A DNA stretch of 64,000 bases, taken from positions 4,126-68,125 of the forward strand of contig VGXL01000001.1 of assembly GCA_016873315.1 (NCBI GenBank), in the 5' to 3' direction. The notes under the pieces were generated by a model. That model saw only the letters and a list, made by a program, of their open reading frames with translations, was not told the DNA's origin and made no database searches. A program made the position numbers and the translations under genes. This document shows, in pieces, positions 21,130 through 30,928 of this stretch. This stretch comes from Phycisphaerae bacterium (GTDB taxonomy: Bacteria > Planctomycetota > Phycisphaerae > Phycisphaerales > SM1A02). Positions within the stretch are counted from its first letter, which is position 1. Every line of letters starts with the position of its first letter.

Positions 21130-21786
21130 CCGAGGCGAGCCGAGCGCGCCACCTGTGAGGACGGCGGCCACCAGGCAGGCGATTCCGATCAGGGCCTGCA
21201 CCAGCGCCGGGGCGACGGCGCCGCCACGGCCAGATCGCGTCGCGGCCCGAGCCATGCGCCACGGCAGCCACGCCACGCTCATCGTGCCCAGCCAAGCGAG
21301 TCCAGCAATCCGTGGCGCATCGATGGGCAGGGCGATGCCAGCGACGAAGCAGCCCACGAGCGGAGTGATCCACCACAGAACCAACCGGCGAGCCTCCTGC
21401 GCGGTCGTGGTGGCCGCGGCATCGCGCGTGAGCCCGGCCATGCGGACGAGCACGGCGCGGAAGGCGATCATGCTGAAGAGCATGGATGCACCGAGCGCGG
21501 CGACACGCAGCGCGGTCCAGCCCTCCGCTGCGTAGGGGCCGATGCACAGTGCACGATCCGAAAGGACCCACACGGCGTGCGCGAGCTGCGCGCTATGCGG
21601 CTTGAAGGTGGACAGCGTCAGGACCGATGCACCATCGACAGGCATCGCGCTGACATCGTGCCAACTGATGAAGCCCCCGAACCACGAGAAGCCCATGATC
21701 ACTGCTGCCGATCCGATTGACGCCAAGAGCCAGGGCGAAGCGTCGCGCGGCTCGCTTGCGGATTCGTTTGGCGCTGACTCCGTCAT
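21127..21786 (-). CDS. Hypothetical polytopic membrane protein
   Basis: Trimmed to MTESAPNES (ATG 21784-21786). Several hydrophobic helices. No motif recognised. Confidence 0.5.
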   Translation of the reverse strand: MTESAPNESASEPRDASPWLLASIGSAAVIMGFSWFGGFISWHDVSAMPVDGASVLTLSTFKPHSAQLAHAVWVLSDRALCIGPYAAEGWTALRVAALGASMLFSMIAFRAVLVRMAGLTRDAAATTTAQEARRLVLWWITPLVGCFVAGIALPIDAPRIAGLAWLGTMSVAWLPWRMARAATRSGRGGAVAPALVQALIGIACLVAAVLTGGALGSPR

Positions 21787-21822
21787 GCGTGGGTTCCCGT
21801 TGGGGCGGTGTACCGTAGCACC

Positions 21823-23214
21823 ATGGACGATGAGCAGCCCGGTGATCACGCGCCAGTCCCTTCGGACTCATGGCCTGAACTCGAACCCACGCCGCTGCAA
21901 CTCGTGGCGTTCTGGCCGCACGCCGACCCTCCGACTGCCGCCGAGGTCCTGACTGCGCTGACGGCATGGATGGAAGCTGCAGAGCCCGTCGGGTCCGAGA
22001 TGGAACTCGGTGAGGGCGAGGTCAGCTGGGCCATCGAGTGCGCGATCGATGGAGTGAAGAACCCTGTCGCGCTCTGGTGCGAGAAGGCGCTCGAGGTTGA
22101 CGACGCGTGGCGCGCGATGTTGGGCCAAGCCGCATCATGCCCTTGGGTGATCCGGTTGCAGGTCCAACTCGATGGCAGCGAGGGACCGAACGAGTACTTC
22201 CAACTCATGAATCTCCTCGCGGGATCGATCGCCGATGCCGCTGGCGTTCTGGATGTGACGACCGGGCAGTTCGTTCCGCGGACCGAATTGGATCAGGAAG
22301 TGCTCGCGGCCGACGCCGTGCCCATTGATCGATTGATGTGGCGGATTGTGCGCTTGCCGGGTGTGAGCGAGAAGGCGGACATGCCGTCGTCCCATGTGGC
22401 CATCTGCACGGTCGGGTTGGGTCGAATCGGTCGTCCCGAGCTCGAGCTCCTCGAGGTGCCCGTCGAACATGCGCTCGCCGCAGAGATGGTGCTCGACACG
22501 CTCGTGCCGCTGCTTCTTGAGGATGACCTGCCGCTTCCCGGTCAGCCCATCGAGATCGGAGATGACATGGTCGTCGCGCTCGTGCCGCTTGCTGACGCGG
22601 ATCGTTTCGTTGAGGAGTCCCATGCGGGCAGCCGCGCGTGGCGCGAACGCATCGCGGCGATCGGCATCGATCATGTGAAGACTCCACGCGTGGCGGTCTG
22701 TGCCGCGAATGAGCGCGGCGCGTTCCGCAAGGCGTGGACCTGGCCGCAGGACGCGGCACAGCACATCGAAGACGGCAATGCGGTGCTCTACCTTGCCCAG
22801 CGCGAAGTCGACGCGAATGCCAGACAGGCCAAGCGCACATTCCCGTTGTTCGCCACGGCATTCGCTTCGCTGGCCCGCGCCGACGCGCCGGCGTGGCGTG
22901 CGCTGGCGCAGGAGCACTTCATGGTGCAGGCACCGGTCGGCGGCAGCGACGGCGACGACAGGATCGAGCAGGCGTGGTATCGCGTGGATCATCTCGACGG
23001 CGACGGCGTCGATGGACTGCTCGTCGATCGTCCTCGAACGCGCCCGGATCTTGAGCCGGGCTCGCACCATCGCATTGATCGCAATGCGGTCAGCGGGTGG
23101 AGCGTCGATCTGCCGAGCGGCTCGTTCCGTCCGAGCGATTGCCAGACGCTGCTCGAAGCCGTCGACCGCCTGCGCGACGAACTTCCCAAGTCTTCACCGG
23201 AGCACGGGGCATGA
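21823..23214 (+). CDS. Hypothetical protein (possible DUF4026/DUF2314-type)
   Basis: ATG 21823 (the listed GTG 21808 is also possible). The C-terminal IEQAWYRVDHLDGDGVDGLLVDRPRTRPDLEPGSHHRIDRNAVSGWSV resembles the DUF2314 pattern as I recall it. Tentative. Confidence 0.4.
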   Translation: MDDEQPGDHAPVPSDSWPELEPTPLQLVAFWPHADPPTAAEVLTALTAWMEAAEPVGSEMELGEGEVSWAIECAIDGVKNPVALWCEKALEVDDAWRAMLGQAASCPWVIRLQVQLDGSEGPNEYFQLMNLLAGSIADAAGVLDVTTGQFVPRTELDQEVLAADAVPIDRLMWRIVRLPGVSEKADMPSSHVAICTVGLGRIGRPELELLEVPVEHALAAEMVLDTLVPLLLEDDLPLPGQPIEIGDDMVVALVPLADADRFVEESHAGSRAWRERIAAIGIDHVKTPRVAVCAANERGAFRKAWTWPQDAAQHIEDGNAVLYLAQREVDANARQAKRTFPLFATAFASLARADAPAWRALAQEHFMVQAPVGGSDGDDRIEQAWYRVDHLDGDGVDGLLVDRPRTRPDLEPGSHHRIDRNAVSGWSVDLPSGSFRPSDCQTLLEAVDRLRDELPKSSPEHGA

Positions 23215-23245
23215 TGCCCTCGACCGGACACGACGAACGCGTGCC

Positions 23246-24361
23246 ATGAGACGGCGACTGTCCTACCGACCGGCGATCGGTGGACTCGTCTTCGTGATCT
23301 GGGTGCTGGTGCTGGTCATGGCAGTGGTCTGGCGTCCGTCCAATCTGCTCATTTGGGTGATGGGCACGGCGGTGGGGATGATCGTCATCAGCGGCTTGTC
23401 CAGCGGTGCGATGATGATGGCCTTGCGGGTTCGTCGGCTCGCGCCGAGCGATGCGCGGGTCGGCCAACCGCTCGTGCTGCTGTACGAGGTTCGCAACACC
23501 TCGTGGCTCTGGCCTGCCTTCGCCGTCTCGATCCGTGAGTCGGCACTTGGATCATCACAAGGATGGCTCGTCTCGGTGGGTCCTGGCGAGCGATGCGTCG
23601 TCGAATTGGCCTGGTGGCCGGAGCGTCGTGGCGAAGTCGAGCTCGAGCATGTGATCGCCCAGTCGTCGTTCCCCTTTGGACTCGTCGGCAAGCGTGTGAC
23701 CTGGCGCAAGCGCGCGACCATCACGGTCCTGCCTCGTGTGGTTCGAATTCCGGCTCCGCGGCTCCGCGCGCTCCTGGACCACGGTCCCGCCGGCCAGCGC
23801 GCGGCTGCCCGGCCTGGGCATGGCGAAGAGTTCTTCGGCGTCCGCGATGCTCCCGAACTCACGAGCCTTCGTGATGTGGCATGGCGGCGATCGGCGTCTC
23901 GCGAACAGTTGGTCGTCATCGAGCGTGCGAGCCCGAGCTACCCGCGGCTCCGTCTTGTGCTGAACCTCTCCGAGCCAACCGATTCGCTCGCAGGCCGCGT
24001 GCCTGCGGGAGTCAAAGCGCGACAACGCGAGGAGGATGCGATCACGATGGCCGCGAGTCTGGCGACGAGCGCCATCGCGCTTGGTCACGAGATCAGCCTT
24101 CGCGTGCATGGTCTGCCGTGCGTGGCGATGCCGGCTGCGGGCGGTGTCCGCCATCTCGATCGAGTGCTGGTGCAGTTGGCGAAACTCGATCTCGATGCGC
24201 CGCGAACGACGCCGATGGTCTCGGTCCCTGGGGACGAACGATCAGCCTCGGTGGTCATCCACCCTGGACGCATCGATCCATCCGTCGGCGGCGCCGCCGC
24301 ACTCCATCAGTCTGCGGCTCAGTTGCCCGGCCTTGCATCGTGGAAGGGGACCGAACCATGA
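23246..24361 (+). CDS. DUF58 domain protein (vWA-like, usually MoxR-associated)
   Basis: ORF 22700..24361 trimmed to ATG 23246 (MRRRLSYRP). Two N-terminal TM helices. GEEFFGVRDAPELTSLRDVAWRRSASREQLVVIE fits the DUF58 core. Confidence 0.65.
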   Translation: MRRRLSYRPAIGGLVFVIWVLVLVMAVVWRPSNLLIWVMGTAVGMIVISGLSSGAMMMALRVRRLAPSDARVGQPLVLLYEVRNTSWLWPAFAVSIRESALGSSQGWLVSVGPGERCVVELAWWPERRGEVELEHVIAQSSFPFGLVGKRVTWRKRATITVLPRVVRIPAPRLRALLDHGPAGQRAAARPGHGEEFFGVRDAPELTSLRDVAWRRSASREQLVVIERASPSYPRLRLVLNLSEPTDSLAGRVPAGVKARQREEDAITMAASLATSAIALGHEISLRVHGLPCVAMPAAGGVRHLDRVLVQLAKLDLDAPRTTPMVSVPGDERSASVVIHPGRIDPSVGGAAALHQSAAQLPGLASWKGTEP

Positions 24362-26610
24362 CGATGCCACGCGGCATGCACGCCCTCGTCTTGGTGACGG
24401 CGATGCTCTCGCTGGCGGCCTTCTGCATCGCCGATGGCTCCTTCGTCTTCCTGTCGTGCTCGATGGTGGCGGCGGCGCTCAGCGGCGTGCTCGCGCAGGG
24501 AGCGCGCCCCAAGCGTTTGCCCACCATCGTGGCGCACACGATCATCGCCACCATCTGTGCTGCTGCTGCGGTCGTAGCGTTCATCGCGGGGCGACCTCCG
24601 GACATTGAGCATGTGGGTTTGCTCTGCGGAACGGCGTTGGTCGTCAAGCTCTTCGCTCGGCATCGTGCTTCGGACGAACGGCATGTGCTCGCCCTTGGCT
24701 CGATCCTGTTTTTGGTTGCCGCGCTCGATGGAACCGATGTGCTGGCCGGTCTTCCCCTGATCGTGGGTTCGCTGCTCCTGCCAGTCTGCGTGTCGGCAGC
24801 ATGGGTGCAATCGAGCACAGAGCGCGCGGCGGCAGCACACGGATCGCATCGCCCGGTTGGGTCACTGCCCGTCTCGTTCGAGCCCACCGCCGGCGCATCA
24901 CCCATGCGGTGCTGGACTGGATTCGCGATCGCTTCGGTCATCGTGACGGCGACCTGCGGCGTGATCGTCTTCGTCGGTTTTCCCCGACAAGGACTCGAGG
25001 GCGAAGCATGGAACCGCACGCGGGCCGGCGGTTTCTCGCTCCGTGTGAGTTTGGCGACGGATGAACGCATCGAGGATGCGCGAACCGAGGTCATGACCGT
25101 GCGGTGGATCGGCCCCGACAGTCTGTCGATGGAGCACAACGAGCCGCTGCATCTTCGCGGGGCGGTCTTCGATCGCTACGACCCCATCTCGCAATCATGG
25201 CAGGTGCCGCAGCACCCGCGGCGTGAGTACTTCGAGGGCGTCGGCGCCGCGTTTGTGCCGTTCGTCCATGAGGGCATCGACCCACGACTTCAGGTCTACA
25301 AACAGGTCGTGCAGATGCGCGGGCTCGCCACCAACCAAGTCTTCAGCGTGCTCGCGCCGATCGCGATCCAAGCCGCCGACGGCATGACGGTCGCGCTCGA
25401 TCAATCCACCATGCTCCTGTCGAGCGCATCGAGCCGCATCGGCGAGTTCGATCGCTATGCCGTGTCCGTGAAGCCGTACGCCAGCGACCGCGACATGGCG
25501 ACGCTGTCGGGGGGGACCGTCGAACCCGGGCCGATGCCCACCTTCCCGGTCGACGCGGTGAAGCCGTTGGCGCTCGAGTTGTGGGAGCGATGGAAACCGC
25601 GCGGCCGCTCCGTGCCCGACTTTGACGCGGCGGCTCTTCGTCCTTTGGCGCGCTGGGAACGCAATCGTGCCGTGGCGACGGCGCTCGAGGCTGCGCTGCT
25701 CTCGGGGGACTTTCGGTACACCACGGACCTTGGCTCGATCGTTCGACGCCGCGGCGAGGATCCGATCGTCAACTTCCTGATGTCGTCGCGTCAAGGACAC
25801 TGCCAGTACTTCGCGAGCGCACTGTGCGCGATGTGCCAATCGATGGGCGTGGATGCGCGAGTCGTCGCCGGCTTCATCGCGCTTGAGTACGACGCAGCGC
25901 AGTTGCAGTACATCGTGCGCTCGTCCAATGCCCATGCCTGGGTCGAGGTGCGGACGGGCGATGCACAGTGGACGACCTTTGACGCCACACCGCCGGCGAC
26001 GCTCCAAGCCCTGCAGGCCGAGCAACGCACCTGGGCAGATGGACTGCGTTGGCTGTGGGATCCGCTCAACTTCGCGTGGTCCAGACATGTGGTGAGCTTC
26101 GATGGCGAGGCGCAGACCGAGCTCGCTGAACGCATGGCGAGCACACGCGAGGCGCTGTCCAGACCGGTTCGTGCCGTGCTTGACGCACTCGAAGCGATCC
26201 GTCAGCGGCTGGTCGAGACCTTCTCTGGCATGGTCGGAAGCTTGTGGCTCGCGTCGATTGGGGTGGTCCTGGTGGCGACCATCGTCGTGATGGCGTTGCT
26301 GCGGGCAAGGCGGCGACAGACGACTCCACTCGTGGGCCGCAGTGCATCGCCGCGCGAACGCGAACTGGCCCGGCATTACATGGATGCGCTCCGGGTCGCT
26401 CGGCGTCGTGGCGTGGTTCGCGACGCAGGCATGACCCCGCTCGAGGTCGTCGCACGGCTCTCGGTGGAATCGCCTGAAGCGGCGATGCACCTTCGATCGG
26501 TGGTGGAGTCGTTCTACGCCGTGCGCTTTGGCGGACGACCCGCCACGGCAGAACGCTGCACCGCAGCGGCGCGATCCCTGTCGGCCCTGCACCGCGCGCG
26601 AACTCCGTGA
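24358..26610 (+). CDS. Transglutaminase-like membrane protein (TgpA-like)
   Basis: ATG 24358 overlaps the DUF58 TGA (ATGA). N-terminal multi-TM region. Cys-His-Asp core in RQGHCQYFASALCAM ... NAHAWVEV ... TTFDATP. A C-terminal TM helix follows. Confidence 0.8.
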   Translation: MTMPRGMHALVLVTAMLSLAAFCIADGSFVFLSCSMVAAALSGVLAQGARPKRLPTIVAHTIIATICAAAAVVAFIAGRPPDIEHVGLLCGTALVVKLFARHRASDERHVLALGSILFLVAALDGTDVLAGLPLIVGSLLLPVCVSAAWVQSSTERAAAAHGSHRPVGSLPVSFEPTAGASPMRCWTGFAIASVIVTATCGVIVFVGFPRQGLEGEAWNRTRAGGFSLRVSLATDERIEDARTEVMTVRWIGPDSLSMEHNEPLHLRGAVFDRYDPISQSWQVPQHPRREYFEGVGAAFVPFVHEGIDPRLQVYKQVVQMRGLATNQVFSVLAPIAIQAADGMTVALDQSTMLLSSASSRIGEFDRYAVSVKPYASDRDMATLSGGTVEPGPMPTFPVDAVKPLALELWERWKPRGRSVPDFDAAALRPLARWERNRAVATALEAALLSGDFRYTTDLGSIVRRRGEDPIVNFLMSSRQGHCQYFASALCAMCQSMGVDARVVAGFIALEYDAAQLQYIVRSSNAHAWVEVRTGDAQWTTFDATPPATLQALQAEQRTWADGLRWLWDPLNFAWSRHVVSFDGEAQTELAERMASTREALSRPVRAVLDALEAIRQRLVETFSGMVGSLWLASIGVVLVATIVVMALLRARRRQTTPLVGRSASPRERELARHYMDALRVARRRGVVRDAGMTPLEVVARLSVESPEAAMHLRSVVESFYAVRFGGRPATAERCTAAARSLSALHRARTP

Positions 26611-26633
26611 TCCCAGCCGCGTAGCATGGGGTC

Positions 26634-27476
26634 ATGCCCGCGCAACGATCCCGGACGGCTGAGTGGCGAAGAACGATGGCTCAGGTCTTCGAACGCGGTG
26701 GCGCGATCGAGGTCGCCATCGCACGGGCTGGCACGAACGCGGAATCGCGCGATGCCAGCGATCTGATTTGGCGACTGCATGTCCTGGAACTGCGCGAGGA
26801 CGATGTGCTCGTTGAGCCGCCGGCCACGGTCGGCATGCCGATCCCGCTGCGCGATGGCGTGACGCTCATCGGCGTGATCACGCTGGGGCAAAACCGTTGG
26901 ACCTTCACGACGCGCAAGCTCGGCGAGATTCCCGGCAAGAACGGTCGTGTGTTGCGCTTGGAACTCCCCGATGGCGTCGAGCGCTGCCTGCGCCGCCACC
27001 CCCGTCTTGAACTCGGCGGGCTCACGCCGCCCCAGATCGACGTCTTCCCGCTGCTTGATCCATCGAGCGTGCACGACGCGCAAGTGGCCTACGACGCCGT
27101 GGCGCGCGACTACCTCGAACATGGAACGATCGCTGCCGAGCCAAACCGGCGGCCGCTGGTGGGTCCGCCGGTCAAGGCGGAACTCATGAACATGGCGACC
27201 GGTGGCGTGGGACTTCGCGTCGACGCCATCGCAGCGCCTGTCTTCGCGCGCCATCGAACATTCTGGCTCCGCATCCCGTTGGGTTCATCCATGCCGGTCC
27301 CGATCGTGGTGGCCGCCAAGCTGGCGCACACGCGGCTCGACAGCAGCCAACGCACCTACACTGGCTTGGGTTTCGACTTCAGTTTCCACCCCGCCCATGC
27401 CGATACACTCGCGCGGCAACTCGCCCGTTACGCGCAGGCACGCCAAGCCGAGCAAGCAGCACGCCCGTCGTCGTGA
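26634..27476 (+). CDS. YcgR/PilZ-like protein with degenerate PilZ motifs
   Basis: RRHPR fits RxxxR. NMATGGVGL sits where D/NxSxxG is expected, with Ala in place of Ser. The size and two-domain layout resemble YcgR. ATG 26676 is an alternative start. Confidence 0.45.
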   Translation: MPAQRSRTAEWRRTMAQVFERGGAIEVAIARAGTNAESRDASDLIWRLHVLELREDDVLVEPPATVGMPIPLRDGVTLIGVITLGQNRWTFTTRKLGEIPGKNGRVLRLELPDGVERCLRRHPRLELGGLTPPQIDVFPLLDPSSVHDAQVAYDAVARDYLEHGTIAAEPNRRPLVGPPVKAELMNMATGGVGLRVDAIAAPVFARHRTFWLRIPLGSSMPVPIVVAAKLAHTRLDSSQRTYTGLGFDFSFHPAHADTLARQLARYAQARQAEQAARPSS

Positions 27477-27552
27477 TCGTCAATCGCGGATCGAACCCGC
27501 CGCACTAGACTCGTCGTCAACACTTCAGCGATCCATTCCAGGGAAGCACACC

Positions 27553-28365
27553 ATGAGCCAACTCCAATCCACCAATCCTGTCTTCGCCGACCAACTCTTC
27601 GACCAGAAGATTCACGCCCAGGCGGCAGGCGGCGCGGCGACGGTGCAGGGTGTGATCAACAAGACCGGCGCATGCGCCATGCTCTGCGCGATCGCCGGTG
27701 CTATCGCCTACGCGGTCACGGCGGCCAACCCAGGCTGGGCGATGGGGTTCATGATCGCCTCGATGATCTTCAGTCTTGTGGCGTTCTTCGCGATCTGGCG
27801 TAGCCCAAGCCACGCGCGTTGGGTGACGCCCATCTACTCGCTGCTGCAGGGCATGGCGATCGGTTCCATCACATTCTTCCTTGAGAAGGTGCTCGAGGCG
27901 AAGGGCATCACAGCCATTGGCGGCTTGGCCCTTCAGGCATTCGTCATCACGATGGCGCTCATGGGCACCATGCTTGGCCTCTACAAAGCTCGCATTCTGC
28001 GCGGGGGCCAGACCTTCCAGATGGCGCTGACCGTGGCGACGGTCGGCCTGATGGTCGTCATGCTGATCGGCTTCGTGCTCCACCTCTTCGGCATCTCGCT
28101 GCCGTTCATCTCGCTTGGCAGCGCGCTCGAGGGTGGCACATCGGCGCTCATCGGGCTCGGCATCAATGTGCTCGTCCTCGGATTGGCCTCACTCTGGCTC
28201 GTGGTGGACTTTCGAACGATCGACGATGCCGTGCAGGCCGGCGCCCCGCGCGAGTCTGAGTGGTATCTGGCGTTCGGCCTGATGGTCACGCTCATCTGGG
28301 TCTACATCGAGGCCCTGAAGTTGGCGTTCCGGCTCGCCGCCATGTTCGGCGGCAAGCGCGATTGA
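27553..28365 (+). CDS. Bax inhibitor-1-like (BaxI_1/YccA-related) membrane protein
   Basis: ORF 27202..28365 trimmed to ATG 27553. MSQLQSTNPVFAD opening, about 7 TM helices, C-terminal WVYIEALKLAFRLAAMFG. Confidence 0.6.
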   Translation: MSQLQSTNPVFADQLFDQKIHAQAAGGAATVQGVINKTGACAMLCAIAGAIAYAVTAANPGWAMGFMIASMIFSLVAFFAIWRSPSHARWVTPIYSLLQGMAIGSITFFLEKVLEAKGITAIGGLALQAFVITMALMGTMLGLYKARILRGGQTFQMALTVATVGLMVVMLIGFVLHLFGISLPFISLGSALEGGTSALIGLGINVLVLGLASLWLVVDFRTIDDAVQAGAPRESEWYLAFGLMVTLIWVYIEALKLAFRLAAMFGGKRD

Positions 28366-28418
28366 CGAGCGCAACTGGCTTGCGCGATTGACGAGCGCAA
28401 CTGGCTTGCGCGATTGAA
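28356..28418. repeat. 26-bp tandem repeat x2.4 (gcgcgattgacgagcgcaactggctt); the first unit contains the BI-1-like stop codon
   Basis: Units at 28356-28381 and 28382-28407, with a partial unit at 28408-28418. TGA at 28363-28365. Confidence 0.95.
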
Positions 28419-28436
28419 GCTCGAGCGCTCCGCAGT

Positions 28437-29693
28437 TCAGCCGTCGAAGCGGGCGAACACCAGGCTGGTGTTGTGGCCGCCAAAGCCGAACGAGTTGTTG
28501 ATCGCGTAGCGGACTGAGCGCTCCTTCGCGATGTTGGGCACGAAGTCCAGATCGAACCCGTCGTCGGGGCTGTGCAGGTTGATCGTTGGCGGCAGGATGC
28601 TTGACTTGACGGCCATGACTGTCGCGACGGTCTCGATGCCGCCCGCGGCGCCGAGGCCGTGGCCCGTGACACCCTTGGTGCTGCTGACTGAAAGTTTGGT
28701 CGCGTGGTGGCCAAAGACCTGCTTCACCGCAGCGACTTCGGCGGCGTCACCGAGCGGCGTGCTCGTGCCGTGTGCGTTGATGTAGCCGATTGCATCGGGG
28801 GAGAGTTGTGCATCGGCCAAGGCATTGACCATGGCGCGCTGTGCTCCGGTACCCGCCGGATCCGGGGCGGCGATGTGGTGGGCATCGCCGCTGACGCCGT
28901 ACCCCACGAGCTCGGCATAGATCTTGGCCCCACGGGCCTTCGCGTGTTCAAGTTCCTCGAGCACGATCACGCCGGCACCCTCGGACAGCACGAAACCGTC
29001 GCGGTCCCGGTCGAAGGGGCGGCTGGCCTCGGAGGGCGCATCATTGCGCGTACTCAGCGCCTTCATCGCCGCGAAGCTCGCCATGCAGAGTTGCGTCACC
29101 GAGCCTTCGGCGCCGCCTGCGATCATGACATCGGCGTCGCCGCGCTGGATGAAGTGGAAGGCAGCCCCGATCGCGTGGCTACCGCTGGCGCAGGCCGTGG
29201 CTGTGGACACATTGGCGCCGCGCAGCCCGAACCTGATGCTCACATGCCCCGTGCAGGAATTCAGCATCAGTTTGGGCACCGTGAACGGATTCACCATGCG
29301 CGGGCCGGACTGGGAGAGCTTGGAAATCCCTTGCTCGATCGTCTCGATGCCACCGATGCCGCTGCCGATGGCAACACCGCGGCGGAACGGGTCACCCGTC
29401 GCGAAGTCGATGCCGCTGTCTGCTGCGGCTTCGCACGCGGCCGTGAACCCAAAGACGCAGTATCGGTCCATGCGCTTGGCATCGCGCGGATCGAGCACCT
29501 TGGTGTAGTCGAGGTCGCGGACCTCACCGCCAAAGGTGACGGACCAGTCGCCACTTTGGGCGAAGGCCGTGACCGGTCCGACGCCAGAACGGCCGTGGAT
29601 CAGCGAATCCCAGGTGGCGGGGGCGGAGTGGCCGCAGTCGGTCACGGCCCCAAGGCCGGTGACCACGACGCGTCGAAGGGTCAGGGTGCGCAT
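28437..29693 (-). CDS. fabF: 3-oxoacyl-ACP synthase II
   Basis: 418 aa. Motifs: ATACASGSHAIG (active Cys), NAHGTSTPLGD, GHGLGAAGG, NSFGFGGHN. Confidence 0.95.
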   Translation of the reverse strand: MRTLTLRRVVVTGLGAVTDCGHSAPATWDSLIHGRSGVGPVTAFAQSGDWSVTFGGEVRDLDYTKVLDPRDAKRMDRYCVFGFTAACEAAADSGIDFATGDPFRRGVAIGSGIGGIETIEQGISKLSQSGPRMVNPFTVPKLMLNSCTGHVSIRFGLRGANVSTATACASGSHAIGAAFHFIQRGDADVMIAGGAEGSVTQLCMASFAAMKALSTRNDAPSEASRPFDRDRDGFVLSEGAGVIVLEELEHAKARGAKIYAELVGYGVSGDAHHIAAPDPAGTGAQRAMVNALADAQLSPDAIGYINAHGTSTPLGDAAEVAAVKQVFGHHATKLSVSSTKGVTGHGLGAAGGIETVATVMAVKSSILPPTINLHSPDDGFDLDFVPNIAKERSVRYAINNSFGFGGHNTSLVFARFDG

Positions 29694-29707
29694 GGACCCG
29701 GCTCGAT

Positions 29708-29959
29708 TCAGCCGCCGGCCGCCTTGCGCTGCTTGATGTAGTCGATGGCCGAGCCCACCGTCTGCAGCTTTTCGCTGTCGCCTTCGGGGATCTTGGTGCC
29801 GAACTCCTCCTCGAAGGCCATCAGCAGCTCGACCATGTCGAGGCTGTCGGCGTTCAGGTCGGTCATGAAGTTCGTCTCGCGCTTGATCTCGGCCTTCTCG
29901 ACCTTGATCTTGTCGGCGATGATGTTGATCACCTTGGCTTCAATCTCTGCTTCGGTCAA
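29708..29959 (-). CDS. acpP: Acyl carrier protein
   Basis: ORF 29708..30232 trimmed to TTG 29957-29959, with AGGAGG 6 nt upstream. 83 aa with LNADSLDMVELLMAFEEEFG (the DSLD phosphopantetheine site). Confidence 0.9.
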   Translation of the reverse strand: MTEAEIEAKVINIIADKIKVEKAEIKRETNFMTDLNADSLDMVELLMAFEEEFGTKIPEGDSEKLQTVGSAIDYIKQRKAAGG

Positions 29960-30035
29960 AGGGGTGCCTCCTGCAACGGCGGAATGCCGTGGGGGCGAAG
30001 TATAGCGATCGCGGCCAACTCCGTCGGGCGGGTGC

Positions 30036-30824
30036 ATGACCGATACACTCGCTCCGTGCGCTTCGGCGCCCAGAGGAAAGGACCCCGCTATCGAACGACG
30101 CGTCGCCATCGTCACAGGAGCCAGCCGAGGTATCGGAAAGGCCATCGCCCTTCGACTTGCCCGTGACGGGCGCCATGTGGTGGCCGTCGCGCGCAATGCT
30201 GAGGCGTTGGCCGAGGTGGTGTCCGCGATCACGGCTGCGGGCGGCAGTGCAGAGGCCCGCTCCTGCGATCTCGCCGATGCGGCGAGCTACGCACAACTCG
30301 TCGAGGAGGTCGCATCAGCCCACGGCCGTCTTGACATCCTGGTCAACAACGCCGGCATCACTCGCGACGGGCTGATCTTGCGCATGAGCGACGATGACTT
30401 TGACACAGTGCTCTCAGTCAATCTGCGCAGTTGCTTCGCCGGCTGCCGTGCCGCAAGCCGTCACATGCTCCGCGGCAAGTGGGGACGCATCGTGAATCTT
30501 GGTTCCGTCAGCGGCATCAGCGGCAACGCGGGCCAGGCGAACTACGCGGCAGCCAAGGCAGGTGTCATCGGACTGACCAAGACGATCGCCCAAGAACTTG
30601 GATCCAAGGGGATCACAGCCAATGTGATCGCACCGGGCTTCATTTCAACCGACATGACCGATGCCTTGCCCCAGATGGTCAAGGACAAGGCCATTGAGCA
30701 CATTCCGGTGCGACGGTTTGGGACGCCGGACGACATCGCCTCGGCCTGCGCGTACATCAGCTCGGACGAGGCTGGCTACCTGACCGGCCATGTGCTGGTG
30801 GTCGACGGCGGCATGACGATGTGA
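30036..30824 (+). CDS. fabG: 3-oxoacyl-ACP reductase
   Basis: Motifs: VTGASRGIGKA, NNAGI, SVSG...YAAAKAG. It lies on the opposite strand to the rest of the fab cluster. Confidence 0.9.
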   Translation: MTDTLAPCASAPRGKDPAIERRVAIVTGASRGIGKAIALRLARDGRHVVAVARNAEALAEVVSAITAAGGSAEARSCDLADAASYAQLVEEVASAHGRLDILVNNAGITRDGLILRMSDDDFDTVLSVNLRSCFAGCRAASRHMLRGKWGRIVNLGSVSGISGNAGQANYAAAKAGVIGLTKTIAQELGSKGITANVIAPGFISTDMTDALPQMVKDKAIEHIPVRRFGTPDDIASACAYISSDEAGYLTGHVLVVDGGMTM

Positions 30825-30830
30825 TCTGCC

Positions 30831-30855
30831 GAGGTGACCTTTCGAGGTCACCCTC
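30831..30855 (+). terminator. Hairpin 7 nt after the fabG stop
   Basis: gaggtgacc - tttcga - ggtcaccctc (one bulge). No U-tract. The region is shared with the convergent lipoprotein gene. Confidence 0.35.
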
Positions 30856-30928
30856 CGAAGTCGCCATCCAAGATCGCCATCCGCAGTGACATGACCGTCA
30901 CCTGCAGATTTTGACTTGCGCTCGCAGT

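Noticed and set aside
19568-21571. Full 667-aa reading of the ClpP-like ORF
   Set aside because: The first ~200 residues are Arg/Gly/Pro-rich and overlap the upstream membrane-protein gene. A GTG with AGGAG and a lipoprotein signal at 20977 is the far better start.
23739-23751. tRNA T-arm-like ggttcgaattc
   Set aside because: It lies inside the DUF58 CDS. No acceptor or anticodon stems can be drawn around it. I found no convincing tRNA anywhere in the window.
29708-30232. 174-aa reading of the ACP ORF
   Set aside because: ACPs are about 80 aa. A TTG with AGGAGG 6 nt upstream gives an 83-aa product. The extension would run into the fabG start region.
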